A DNA stretch of 26,690 nt from positions 248,521,851 to 248,548,540 of the forward strand of contig JANKJI020000002.1 of the NCBI GenBank assembly GCA_024626585.2, in the 5' to 3' direction. This document shows, in pieces, positions 1-12,646 of the stretch; position 1 is the first letter of the stretch, and the number at the start of each line of letters is the position of its first letter. A program made the translations under genes and the position numbers. Source of the DNA: Ginkgo biloba. Its lineage: Eukaryota; Plantae; Ginkgophyta. The notes under the pieces are model-generated. The model was not told where the DNA came from and searched no databases. It saw nothing but the letters and a program-made list of their open reading frames with translations.

Positions 1-1590
1 CCACTGATGATTCGACAACTTTGAATGGGTGTTTAATAGAGTCAAAGCAAGGGGAAAGAGATGACTTCTATATGTGTGGGAATATTAGGGAGGTGTAACA
101 CATCCAGATTCCTCCTTAGTTCTAATTCTCTCCTAAGAAACCCAATAAGTTGTTCTTTAAGTTGATCGACTAGGGGAGCCAAGATGCACTCTCCTTCACT
201 CATTGGTACAATTGCCACTTATTCTTTATTGGTCCCTGGTACCTATACTTCACTAGTGGACTCAAAGAGTTGATCCCTCGTGATAAGTGATGTATCACCC
301 AATATCACTGGAAGCATATTTGTTGACTCAACCTCCAAAGTCGTCTCCCCTATATGAATATCTAAAGTGATAGTAGACGCTTGGCCTATGATGGGTATGG
401 GATCTCCTCCCGTTGAGTGATCTAGCTTGGTTTTAATTTCACTCATCTCTTGAACCAAGGATTTCAGAGAGCAGATGGGTGGAATCAACTTTGGGATATT
501 TGATTATGAATATTCGATAAATGGCAAGGTCTATCTAAGAGTTTCCTCGACTCTGTTCATTAGACCTTGGGCTTGCTCTATCAATTGGATGATTTTCATT
601 CACTTGCGAAGGTGAGTTTCTCTTTCTACTGGATCCTATGATTCTATGAATTTTATATCCTTTCTTTATTGGATAAAGGTGACCTCCTTACTTGCCTGTT
701 GCTTTGATTCTATAATCTTGAAGAGTTCCCAATAGTCTTCTTTTAATATGGATTTAGTCGAAGCCAGGCAATTGCACAATTCTGCTAGCCTTATTAGTCA
801 AGATCCTGTCATTTGTTCTCCCTTTGAAACCCTGTCAATGCTATGCATCACTTGCTCTCTGAGCCTGCTAACATTGTCTCTTACCGAAGACAATTGCTTC
901 TGTACATCAACTACAAGTTGAGCAAGGATAGCTTTAAGCTTTCGAATCCCGTCTAAGTGATCAGAAATCTCCGGGTCTCTCTAGTCCGCCTCAAGTTGCA
1001 TCTCACTAATAACTTCCTTCTTTTCATTCAATTGGCCCTCAATAGGACAACATTCCCCTCGGAGCTGAACAACCTATGTTTCCAATTGTGCTAGTTTGGT
1101 TTGTACATCCGGAGGGATTGGAGGGGCTTCTTTCCCCACGAACACCTTTTCTCTTAGGAGATGCATATGGAGGCAGAAGTCAAGGACTTCTATGGCCAAA
1201 GTAGCCTACTCCTCTGAAGGCAACATCCCCAAGGTATTGATCTCATGCGACAGCAAATTGACTTTCTTACTCAGAGAATCCTTTTCCCCATGAGCCTGGC
1301 TGGCTTGGAAGATCAATTCAAGCCCTAACTCTTCTACCCTTACTATTAATTCTTGGGCTATGCTAGAAATTAATCTACCTGCGGCTTGAGTAGTTAGAGC
1401 ATCGTTAAAAATTTGTGCAGTGGGGGCAACGCAGCCTTTTCTTTTCTCCCTAATCTTTCGCAAGGCAAGGGGTGGAACAATATCTAACGAAGACTCAAGG
1501 TAGGGGTCTGTCTCAGAAGTGACATGGCGCCACTGAGTCAAAGGGATTTGGGCCATCAGAGGTTGGGTGAAAATGGGGGGAACCACACTT
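1..1590 (-). other. Decayed long coding-like stretch, probably an accessory ORF of a retrotransposon; no recognisable domain
   Basis: ORF pieces 1206-1586 and 243-488 lie on the - strand. The sequence between them reads as E/K/L/Q-rich, coiled-coil-like codons broken by stops. No catalytic motif recognised. Confidence 0.3.
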
Positions 1591-3563
1591 AATGGATTTN
1601 NNNNNNNNNNNNNNNNNNNNNNNNNNNNNNNNNNNNNNNNNNNNNNNCTTTCTTCTTATGACTTCTGCCCTTCAACCTCGCCGAATTTTTGTCTCTTCTA
1701 CCTGTCTTCACCCGCTTTGGAGGTTGAGTTCCTTCGCTTCAATTACCCAAAATGACTGTGTTGCCATAACTGGAAATGAAAAAACAATTCATAAAAGCAA
1801 AAGTCTTCAGAGTCAAGGGCTCTTCCGGGTGCAAATGCGCTTCCAACACTTTCACAAGCAGATTATTTATAAAACAATGAATGCTTGATTTAGAGAAACC
1901 CAACCTCCAAAGTACACATTGGCTCTAGGGATGCTATGGCTTATTTCATGCAAGGCGGATGAAATTTAAATAAACTACGATAGTAGAAGGTGGGAGTGAG
2001 AAATTTGAAGGCATTGACACTCCTCATTCCTCGAGAGCAATGACAATGAATTCTTGCCACGTGTCGGGGCCTGATTGGCTGGTGGTTGCCATGTCATTAC
2101 CGTGATGAGACACCGTGCATGCTCCAGGGTGCTTTTCAAGACATGTCATTAATGCTTGCCGCAAGATGCCTTGAATATGCACTAGTCGCCCATTGTCCTA
2201 GTTCTTACTAAGCTCCCTTGATGATTCAGGGAGGCAAAAAATCTCCGGTGAAAGGAATTCGCCTCCCTANNNNNNNNNNNNNNNNNNNNNNNNNNNNNNN
2301 NNNNNNNNNNNNNAAGTACCTTCCTAGGGAAAGTTACATCCTTGGCAAAATAAGTGATTTCCCCACCTTCCTTCTTTATTTCTCGCCTTGGTGCACGTGC
2401 TTTAAATACTCCTTAGTTGTGTCATGGGTCCCTCACGAAAAAATCTCCTTCCTAGATCTTCTTGAACATCCTTGACTGGGTCAGGGAGAAGGTGAGCTGA
2501 CAAGGGAGAGAGTCGACTCAAAGGAAGGCGAGACTCCCTAGCTAAGTGGAAATCAAAGGAGTCCTAGTTGTCGAGTCACACCCTAATTGAGTCAGGAGTG
2601 AGAGGACGCCCAAGATGTGGTAATTTCATTTCTTCCGATGAAATCTTCCTAGTTGAGTCAGGATTAAAATTGTTTGAGAAGTGACTGCTCCTTGGTTCAG
2701 ACACCATTCCCTAGTTGACCCATGAATCACCCTACCTACACAAGAGGTCTTATAATATGCATGAAAATATTTCATCTTCAATGACAATATGCCTCAATCA
2801 AGTTTCTCTACAAAAAGTTATACACGAGCTATGCTACAACTCATATGATCTTCAAAGAGTAGGCCAAAGGAACATTTGGGAAGGTGCTAGAAAATTTATG
2901 AATATTGGTGAAAACTCTTATAAAGCACAATGGATTGATTAGTGAAAGGATAGGAAAGTAGCGATAGTTGAGTCATGTATAGGATGATGAAGTTGGGCAA
3001 AGGACATAATGAGAGGTGTGGGTCATATTCTCTATGCTTCAGGACTATATACATGAGAAAGTATGGAATGGGTGGAATTGGAAAGATGAACATGGGAGAT
3101 TACAATGGTGGGGTGGGTGCANNNNNNNNNNNNNNNNNNNNNNNNNNNNNNNNNNNNNNNNNNNNNNNNNNNNNNNNNNNNNNNNNNNNNNNNNNNNNNN
3201 NNNNNNNNNNNNNNNNNNNNNACTCAATCAACTAAGGTCAATTGAAACTCTTTTGACCCAAGTTAACATCATGTTACAAACTATCAAATGTCATCAAAAA
3301 GCTATATCAAAGATGCAACCAACAAGACAAGTGATCCGTGGTCGATATGACTCAAAAAGAGTGAAAGAAGAGTGTAGTTGTCATAAAATAGGTCAATCAA
3401 GTTACAGTCAACATATGTGCAAATCTATGCACTTTTGGAGCAAGATTTTTACATATGCAAAAAGTAGACATCGAGAGTTTTGTTGTGATATCTCGTTTGT
3501 GAAAAATGAAGCTAGTACATGAATGTTATGACCTCTAAAAGTTGGCCTATAAAACCTATCGAA

Positions 3564-3740
3564 ACCAACATTGTTGCGACTACTATTATCTGTTGCGACC
3601 AATAGACACTATTGTAGCCAACCAACATTGTTCTGATTGGAGTGTTGGTCTACAACCGACATCGTTGCGACTGGAGTGTTAGCCTACAACCATCATTGTT
3701 GTGACCAACATTGTTGCGATTGATGTGTTAGTTCCAACCA
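3564..3740. repeat. Degenerate short tandem repeat array with core ACCAACATTGTTGCGAC
   Basis: About 5 imperfect copies (ccaacattgttgcgac, ccaacattgttctgat, ccgacatcgttgcgac, ccatcattgttgtgac, ccaacattgttgcgat). They are partly separated by a recurring tggagtgttrgyctacaa linker. Confidence 0.7.
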
Positions 3741-5929
3741 GTGCATTCTTGCAACTAAAGCATGTGAACAACATGAAGGGTAAAATCAAATTCCAACGAA
3801 GAGGATTTTTATCTTCTTCATCTAGATGGCTAGAAATTATGAAAAAACACATAGTCAACAGTATAAAAGAAAGTTACAGCCATGGAAGGGGAAATGAAGG
3901 GACTTGTGGCTAATTTTCTGCTCCATTTCTCAATTCTAATTGATTCTTCTTGGTAACTGCAATTGGCAGAAAGCTATAAAATATAAACTAATGGCTCCCC
4001 CTCTCTCTTTCTTTTGGACTTTTTGGCCTTGAGATCTCTCTTCCCCTATACTTCTTTGTTTCTTTTTACCACACAATAAGATAAATTGAAAATATTCAAC
4101 CATTACAAATAAGTGTCTTCTCTGGTAGAATTTTGATATTTAAAATTTCAGATTTCATGTTTAAGAAGAATCTATAATTTTCTCTACGAAAATTTCAGAT
4201 TTTAATCTTGAGAGCAATTATGAAAACTTNNNNNNNNNNNNNNNNNNNNNNNNNNNNNNNNNNNNNNNNNNNNNNNNNNNNNNNNNNNNNNNNNNNNNNN
4301 NNNNNNNNNNNNNNNNNNNNNNNNNNNNNACGCCCAGTTGGGAAGAATTTTACTTAAAATTAGTTTTTTACATATGAACACTGCCCATGAAGACATTTCT
4401 TTTGCTATTTTGAATTCACTTCTAATATGCACCTAGTGGATTCCAAATCAACAAGTCTAGGGTCAATTGGAGTTCATTTGACCCCAGTCATGGTACCTTT
4501 TCGTTATTGCTTCTATTCAAGTCAAATATATGAAAGTACCTTCAAATCCACTTCAGCAAGTCACCTACAGTTACCATATTTCAGTTCGCTAGTTTGCTAT
4601 CATTCTAAGATTCCTAAGTTACCAATTACGTTGATATCTACCTCTTCCAACAGCTCAATTATATAATTCTACCTCAAGTTTACATTTATGAGGATGTTTA
4701 GAGAAGAAGGGCACTGTAGAAGTCGTTGTTCAGAGAGTGATCTTGAAAACATGGGTCTTTTCCTATTTATGCTCCTCTTGGGTTACTTTTTCCATTTCGG
4801 ATCATCTTTCTAAGACGATGTTTGGGTCCCTTAATGTTTCGAATCAAGATGCCTCAAATTCATTTATGGTCCTTAGAAACTTGTCTAGGCTCATAACGGT
4901 TGAGCCTTGGGCTTTCAAGTTGGGCTCACCAAACTTTTAACAACTCAATAAGTCAATTTACAACCTTTATTACTAACTTTTCCCTTGATGAGGCCTACTC
5001 TTGCTTCTATATAAGCATATGACAACTCATTTCAAAGTTATAGAAATGGGCTATCCTTCTAGATATGTGTCTCTATCAAATAATGTTGTTTCTTATCCTT
5101 TAAAGACACCATAAGCTCTAACACCTTCAACAAAAAAAAAATTGATTTGCTTGATTGGAGTATAATAGAGAGAGAATGTATCTTAAGTTGTAGTGTCATA
5201 TGATAAATTATTTCAAGTTTCCATTACAACAACTTCTCTATTCAACAAGNNNNNNNNNNNNNNNNNNNNNNNNNNNNNNNNNNNNNNNNTCCAAAATGAG
5301 GTTCCACCATGGAAACCAAAGCATTCCATAGTTGCTTTGACAACAACTAACGAGGGAGCTTTATCAAGAATCATAACAACATATCTTTCGTGCAATCTTG
5401 TTGTGTTGGTGTCAATGACAACACTTTCATTTGCTTTATACATGTTATCTTCTATATTTTGTTCTACCACCTCAGTAGTCACTTTTCTTTCATTATTATA
5501 TTTAAGTCTTCTTCTATGTCAAATTTTCATTTGTTTATTTCTTCTACAATTGTGTCTCTTACATCAACAATGGGGCTAGTCAATCTTCTTTTACAATGGA
5601 TTCAAGTGTTTCTATGTCCACACCTATTGTGGGTACTTCAATTTCTATATCTAGTCAAAATACAATTGTTCAAAGTGCACCTTTCTTGGTGGCTTTGAGA
5701 TCTTATCAATATTGGGGTGAATCTTAAAGTTGTCTCACCTCATCTTAAAACTACAAAGGGCTAGGTTCTTGGCTACGAGTTCTATGTCAATGATACGCCC
5801 AATATCTTCAATTTAGTTTGTTTCAAATGNNNNNNNNNNNNNNNNNNNNNNNNNNNNNNNNNNNNNNNNNNNNNNNNNNNNNNNNNNNNNNNNNNNNNNN
5901 NNNNNNNNNNNNNNNNNNNNNNNNNNNNN

Positions 5930-7731
5930 TAGGAAAACAAGCTCTTTGCTAAGAGGTCCAAGTGCAAGTTTGGTCAGGAGGAGTTTGACTATCTTGGTCA
6001 TACTATATCCAAAGAAGGGATAAACATGGAGGCACATAAAATAGAGGCTATTGTGAGTTGACCTAGACCCACCAATATCTCCAAATGCATTGGATTTTTG
6101 GGTTTGACAAGGTACTAAAAGAGGTTTGTGAAAGGATATTCCTTTAAGGCAATTGTTTTAACTGATTAGACTAGGAAAGGGGCTTTCTTTTCGAATGAGA
6201 AAGTAGAAAATGGCTTTGAACAACTAAATAAGCTCATAACCATTGTTTTAGTTTTAGCCCCTCCTTATTTCTCAAAGCTATTTATAGAGGAATGTGATGC
6301 TTCAGGGGTTGGAATTGGAGTTGTCCTAATGCATGAGGGATGACCCATAGCTTTTAAAAGCAGAAAGGTGAAAAAAAAGGAATTGCCAATGTCATCTATG
6401 ATAAGGGAATTTTAGCCATTGNNNNNNNNNNAAAATGGAGATGTTACCTCTCGAGAAGCTCTTTTAAGTTAAAGACTTATAATGATAGTCGGAAATATTT
6501 TCTCTCAGAAGAGATTAAACACTATTTAGCAAAGATGAGTTTCAAAATTGCCATCCTTTGATTTTTAAATCAACTATTAAAAAGGAAATAGGAATGTCAT
6601 GGCGAGTGTTCTATTAAGAAAACATGAGGACAATCAATTGGATGCCATAACCATGTTGGAACCTCAATGTTTCATAGAAATTTAGGATAAATATACTAAG
6701 GGCAATAAGACATCTAGTCTAATTTTCAAATTACAACAAGGGGCAACAAGATTAAAAAAGGATTTCGAGTGGAAAGGAGAATTATTGTGGTATGAAGGCC
6801 ACATTTATATAATACAAATTGCCTTTTCCAAACAAGGAATCATAAAAAATTGCCACTCTACTCCAATAGTGGGTCATGAGGAATTCTTCAAAACATATTA
6901 CGAAGTAAGACAATCTTTTTTTTGTCAAGGGATGAAGAAGGAGACACAGAAGTACATAGCTAAATGTGATGAGTGCCAATGTAATAAATATGAAAGGATT
7001 AAGTCTCCAAGACTCTTACAACCACTTCCCATTCCGAATTAAAAAATGAGAGCATATTCTATGGATTTTATGACCAGGTTGCTTAGAATGGACAATAAGG
7101 ACAATGTTTTTGTAGTTGTGGATCATCTTACGAAGCATACACATTTCGTTCCATTAGAGACTATCGCTTAACTCCTTAGGTGGTGGATATATTTATAAGA
7201 GACATTTATAAGTTACATGAATTTTTTAAATCCATAGTAAGTAATAGGGGCTCACAGTTATTAAGTAATTTTGGAGAGATCTCTTCGGCAAAGTGGGTAC
7301 AACTCTCAATTGCAGTAGTAGTTACCTTCTTCAAACAGATAGTTAACTTGAGGCAATCAACAAAATTTTAAAAGGATATTTAAGGAACATTGTGAATGCT
7401 AATTACCAAAGTTGGGTAAGATGGTTACCATTGATTGAATACTAGTATAATACCAATTTCCAAACATCCATTCAAGTGAACCCTTTATAGGTTCTATATC
7501 GATATGAGCTTCCCATGTTACTCAATTAGACCAAAGAAGTATCTCACATCCCAACAATGCAGAATTTACTTAGGAATGGTCAAAAGACTATTCAAATTCT
7601 CTGAGAAAACATTGTCGAGGTTCAACAAAGAAAGAAAAATCAGACAGACTAGCAAAGGACAGAACAGGAATTTAGGGAAGGTGAATGGGGTTTTGTTAGG
7701 CTTCAACCTTACAAGCAATCCTCCTTAGAGA
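5930..7731 (+). mobile_element. Degenerate Ty3/Gypsy pol fragment (RT C-terminus, RNase H, integrase), chromovirus-like
   Basis: RT end: LFAKRSKCKFGQEEFDYLGHTIS and GFLGLTRY*KRFVKGY. RNase H: FIEECDASGVGIGVVLMHEG*PIAF. Integrase zinc finger: CHSTPIVGH...CDECQCNK, then LLQPLPIP. Core: ISMDFMTRL...VFVVVDHLTKHTHFVPL. C-terminus: GEWGFVRLQPYKQSSL. Order RT-RH-INT is Gypsy. Many stops and frameshifts; both ends abut gaps. Confidence 0.93.
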
Positions 7732-7831
7732 NNNNNNNNNNNNNNNNNNNNNNNNNNNNNNNNNNNNNNNNNNNNNNNNNNNNNNNNNNNNNNNNNNNNN
7801 NNNNNNNNNNNNNNNNNNNNNNNNNNNNNNN

Positions 7832-8700
7832 ATAATACAAAACTGAGTTTTACTTGCTTCTTTTGTGTCCCATATTTTTCATAACAGTGTTAAAAGTGGA
7901 TTGTTGTATTTGAAGCACAGAAATACAGACTTGTACCACGTTAGTGCACTAAGTTACTTTCATGCGGATCTGTCTATAGTGTTTCCCGCACATTGCAAAT
8001 CTGTAACTACGGCAGTTGTGTCATTTTCTGATTGTCTATTATTGTCCCTATCAGGCCATTTATTTTATTACTGAGTTGCTTGGTTCAGATCTGTTTTGTG
8101 TTTTTCTAATATTCTCTTATAATACTTATAGGCCATCAGTCCTGTTCAAAAAATCTGAAAATTTTGAGAGACTGTTGGTTACTGATTGATGTAGTATTCA
8201 GTTAATTATTTGAAAAAATTTAGTGGGTTCTTAACCACAAACTAGTAGGAGATAAATCAACCAACTTCCTTAGTGCTTCTCTCTAATCAAATGTTGGAGC
8301 ACACCTTGAAATCATCAATTTTTCCATTTATTCCTGTATAAATGGGCTTTCTGGTCCACATTATATTTGTGTCTAGACTCCTTCCCACCATCTGTTAGGT
8401 GTATCATTAAGAAACAATTCAGCCAACATAAGTTTTCTTCTATTACGAACCTCGCACACCTTACCTTCCAGCTTTGCTTGACCAGGAGTGAAATGTTTCT
8501 CCAGTTCCTTTACCATCGAACTGTAGCTTACTCAACCACTACAGCAACTTATTATCTTAGCCCTTGTTGTCCCCTTTTCTTACCGGTGACTGGTTGAAGC
8601 TTGGTTGCCTTAGGCCATCAATCCTGCTTCTCTTTTAAACTTTTTTGTGCACACTTAGTGTTAATTTTATGATTTCAATAATTAAATCAAAATATTTTTG
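7832..8700. repeat. Non-coding, LTR-like segment
   Basis: No credible ORF. CTG/CAG-rich compared with the flanks and lies just after the Gypsy integrase across a gap. Identity as an LTR is an inference. Confidence 0.3.
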
Positions 8701-8741
8701 GACAAAATTCTTGTAATAATATAGTGGTAATACTTTCTATT

Positions 8742-8835
8742 GGAAATTAATGTTATTAGGGTCACAATAATGAGTCACACATATTAAGTTAGTCACATTT
8801 ATTAAAGTCACATTAGACATTAAGTGACATTAAGT
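8742..8835. repeat. Dispersed repeat (copy 1) with internal gtcac/cattaag subrepeats
   Basis: ggaaattaatgttattagggtcacaataatgagtcac...ttagacattaag matches 14387-14451 (ggaaattaatgttattaggttcacaatagtaagtcac...ttagacattaag). Confidence 0.75.
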
Positions 8836-9566
8836 NNNNNNNNNNNNNNNNNNNNNNNNNNNNNNNNNNNNNNNNNNNNNNNNNNNNNNNNNNNNNNNNN
8901 NNNNNNNNNNNNNNNNNNNNNNNNNNNNNNNNNNNTCCTCTTTTCCGTCTCTTCTTTCCTCTCTTGAAAAAAATTCTTTAAGGCCTTCTTTTCCTTTATT
9001 TTTTCTCATATAGAAACATACAAATCAGGATCTTCCATTGTTCTGCTAGCATTTCTAACTAAGACAACTCAACTCATAGTTCATCCAACTTACATCATTG
9101 TTCTTCAAGGGTTCTTTCAAGCTATTCTACATTCCTTGGAAACATTTTGGGGGAAGAGTGCAAACAAAACTATGTTCTGATTCCATTGTTGCAAACTCCC
9201 CAAGCACTATCTGTGCAATCTACATCAAGTCTCCAATCAACCAAATGTTAGTGCAGTAAAGCATCCTATTCTATGACGGGATTATCTTCGAGTATGACTT
9301 CAAAGTATTGGACTTATGAAGTATGGCCATATCATGCAAGATTCAAAGGGACCCATATGCTAGGTGATTAACCAATATTCAACTAGAGACATCCAAGCAA
9401 CGGTGTTGCCCTATATAATCAATAAGGGGACCCCATTCCCTTACATGCAAGCATCTCCCTTAGCAGTTCTCCAAAATCCATAAGAATTCACCCACCCACA
9501 TATTGGTCATTTAGGCCATAATGAAGTCTCGTCATCCTCATAACTTCATTTTATGCCTTTGCCTCA

Positions 9567-9827
9567 TCATAATCAAAGATCTTAATAGGTAACCATAGAG
9601 TAATACATTGGACATCCAACCCTTTAAGCAATCAATGCAAATAACAATATAACGCCACCAATCCATGGGGCATATTAATTGATGGTTGCTACAAACTATG
9701 CTGAAAACTCATTAGACCAACTTAAACAATCATATAATGACGATTGGAGCACTATCCATCGAACAAAAAATTACAAACCAGGGAGTGTACACTTACAAAG
9801 TAATATCTTCAACTATTGTTTCATATT
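9567..9827. repeat. ~260-bp direct repeat, copy B (LTR-derived)
   Basis: Colinear with 11833-12092. Shared blocks include atcttaataggtaaccatag, aagcaatcaatgcaaa, gattggagcactatccat and taatatcttcaactatt. Confidence 0.85.
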
Positions 9828-9842
9828 CATCATATTTTGGGT

Positions 9843-10574
9843 AAGATCTTAAATGATACATATATTTCTCCTCTTCAATAATGCACAGGCCATTGGATTA
9901 GCCTTTATAAGTTGATTTCTTCGAGAGAGCACACCCATGAAAGGTTGGTTGAGAACACAAGGTTGGTTAGAGAGAGCATCCAGACATGTTACAATCTCAG
10001 GGTATGGAGGGATGATTAGCACCAAGATTGAAACCAAAAAATGCAATCAAGGAAAAGGAATAAGAGTTGTTCCAATCTCAAATCCTTCAAAACACCTTGG
10101 GTTTATCATGTAGAGCAGAAGGTTTGCAAATACTGCATTCATCTCATCAAATGCACTACCTTTGGCATGCGCACGAAGATTTGGCCGCTTTGAAGCTAAG
10201 ATAGAAGGTTGAGTACAACTTAGAAGGTCAAGTACTGCTTGGCNNNNNNNNNNNNNNNNNNNNNNNNNNNNNNNNNNNNNNNNNNNNNNNNNNNNNNNNN
10301 NNNNNNNNNNNNTTATATGGAAATATAACAACATCATCATCAGCATATGGAAAGACAGATTTTGAAATATGATATATCTCAGGATAAACATCATGAAGAA
10401 GTTTCAAAACATAAATGCCAAGGCCAAATCCAATTATTCCACCAAAAGAATGAAGCATAAAAATTCCTTGTAATGATTCACATGGTTCTACCTCATGACA
10501 AATCTTGTCTAAGGTTGACCCTCCATATTGTGGGCTATAGACGACATGTGCATGAGCCAATTATTCCTAGAACC
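9843..10574 (-). pseudogene. TUBE1: Epsilon-tubulin pseudogene fragment (central part), apparently intronless
   Basis: Reads GSRNNW, then a 1-nt frameshift near 10557, then AHAHVVYSPQY...EVEPCESLQGIFMLHSFGGIIGFGLG (decayed GGGTGSG loop)...YPEIYH...VFPYADDDVVIFPYN. After the gap: QAVLDL...AFDEMNAVFANLLL...FEG...LIPFP*LHFLVS...NQLIKANP.MACALL...RNI. DDDVVxxPY, YPEVY, FDxMNxxxANLLL and QLxxADP are epsilon-type, not alpha, beta or gamma. In-frame TGA at 10047-10049 plus small deletions. Confidence 0.85.
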
Positions 10575-11832
10575 TATAATGAATGAATTGGAGAACCACC
10601 ATCTACTTGTAAGTCTTTGGATGATACTTACGTCAAGATTGACAAATCTATCCTTTGTGTGTAAACCATCCCCATTTACCATAACTTCCTTTTTATAACC
10701 TTTCTCATTTATATCCTCCCTATCAACATTCCTTCCATTTTTCTTTAAATGATTAATTTTCTTGTTCTCTTTTATCATAATACGGTTAGAACCACATCTT
10801 GTTTCATGGTATCTTGTCACATCTTCATAACTATTGATTTCCAAATCTGATATTTCATCATTGTGGTGGGGGAGACCGAGCTCTTTTTTACCCTTACATT
10901 GCTTGTAATATGAGACTGATTTAAAGTCCACATCTCCAACATCGACACCCCCTTTTATTGCTTCAAAAGTGACCAAATTGTAATTGTAGCCAAAACCCAA
11001 ATTCAGTGTTTTTCTTGATATTGTCTCGTGTAGAATCCATAGGTTTTCCTTTCAGTTGAACGCCTGATGGGATAATATTTCCTTGGGCCTAGGCTTTGAG
11101 AAAAAGTAGTTGTTGTTGTAGATTAGGCATCTGAAGTTGATGATCTTGTTATGATCCTATTGGTGTCGGGATTTCTAATCCTCTTTTTGAAATGTGCACC
11201 CCTTCATGAGCATGCTCGAGTTGGGATAGCCCAACAGGTTTGTTTTGTAATGTTATTGTGATAATGTTCTCGATTGTTTGGGGTTGTAATCTCAATATGG
11301 ATGCGGGTCTATTTGTTTCCCCAAAAATGAATTTGAGGTTAGCACTTTTGGTTTTATGGGGCCGTTGATTTCCNNNNNNNNNNTTAGGTCAAATGGAGAT
11401 CTCTTCATAACCAAGGGTGGCATCCCACTTATCATCAATTTCCAAATCTAATTTGGTTGTGTTGTTTGGAATGGTGATTATAATTATTTTCTTTTGGTTC
11501 TTCTTCATCAATTTTTTCACTTATTGGTCCACCAAAGTCGAATTTTGGGGTGTTGAGACACGTGTTCCATGGTTGTTCTTCTTTTCTATAGAATTCNNNN
11601 NNNNNNNNNNNNNNNNNNNNNNNNNNNNNNNNNNNNNNNNNNNNNNNNNNNNNNNNNNNNNNNNNNNNNNNNNNNNNNNNNNNNNNNNNNNNNNNNATAT
11701 ATTCTATAAAAATGGGGTTATAAAATTAATAGGGGGTGCCAAAATAGGACTATGGCCCTGTATAGGGATATTATTTATTGTGACTATCACGCACGTGTTT
11801 TTAAATTTTATAGCTAAGTGATCCCCCCAAGG

Positions 11833-12092
11833 TCATAATTAAATATCTTAATAGGTAACCATAGTGTAACACATTGGGCATACAACCCTTCAAGCAATCA
11901 ATGCAAACAACCATATAACACCACCAATCAATGGGACCTATTAATTCATGCCTACTAAAAACTATGTTTGAAACATGTTAGACCTACTTAAACAATTATA
12001 TAATGATGATTGGAGCACTATCCATTGAACAAAAGTTTACTAACTAGGGTGTGTACCCTTATAGATTAATATCTTCAACTATTTTGCATATT
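11833..12092. repeat. ~260-bp direct repeat, copy A
   Basis: Colinear with 9567-9827 (see that entry). Confidence 0.85.
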
Positions 12093-12646
12093 TGCACTCA
12101 ATTTGTAAAGCACTGAAGTCTCACTAAAGTAAAAACATGCAAAATGTGTTTTGCGAAAAATTTAGAAGCATTAGTACGAAACGTTCATGAAATATACAGG
12201 TTTAATATCTAGAAAATAGCATGGCCTATACTTGGAAGTATTAGATTGTTTTATCGCAAGTATTGACAAATAATGGATACTGATGTCACTAGCAATGGTT
12301 TAGCATCCATACGTGAGCACTTAGCATGAATTAATTATAGGAAAAACATCATAAATGTAGTGCATGAACATCTAGGCACAATATTTAGGGTGGAATCGTC
12401 ATTTATTGCTTCTTTTAATCATGGTTCATAATCATCCATGCGAAGGGAATGCCTCTCACACCTAACCCTAAACACTTATGCTTGGCTTTCACATCTAGGA
12501 GAGACATTCTCCCTCCTTATAGGTTTCTCTCTCTTAATAAATGGAATGTTATCCTTTTGGAATCAAATGACATAACCCAAATTCTCTCTCTTCATTAAAA
12601 GCTTCATGTCCTTCATTAATACCCTAATTAATGCACCTCATTTAAT

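Noticed and set aside
3564-3740. CRISPR-like array of palindromic repeats
   Set aside because: Repeats are degenerate, linkers are related to each other rather than unique, there are no cas genes, and the context is eukaryotic.
9843-10574. Functional tubulin gene, or alpha/beta/gamma tubulin
   Set aside because: Frameshift, in-frame stop and a destroyed GGGTGSG loop rule out function. The diagnostic DDDVV..PY and FD.MN...ANLLL motifs are epsilon-type.
10509-11000. 163-aa ORF as a real gene
   Set aside because: Non-ATG start and no recognisable domain; only the last GSRNNW residues belong to the tubulin remnant.
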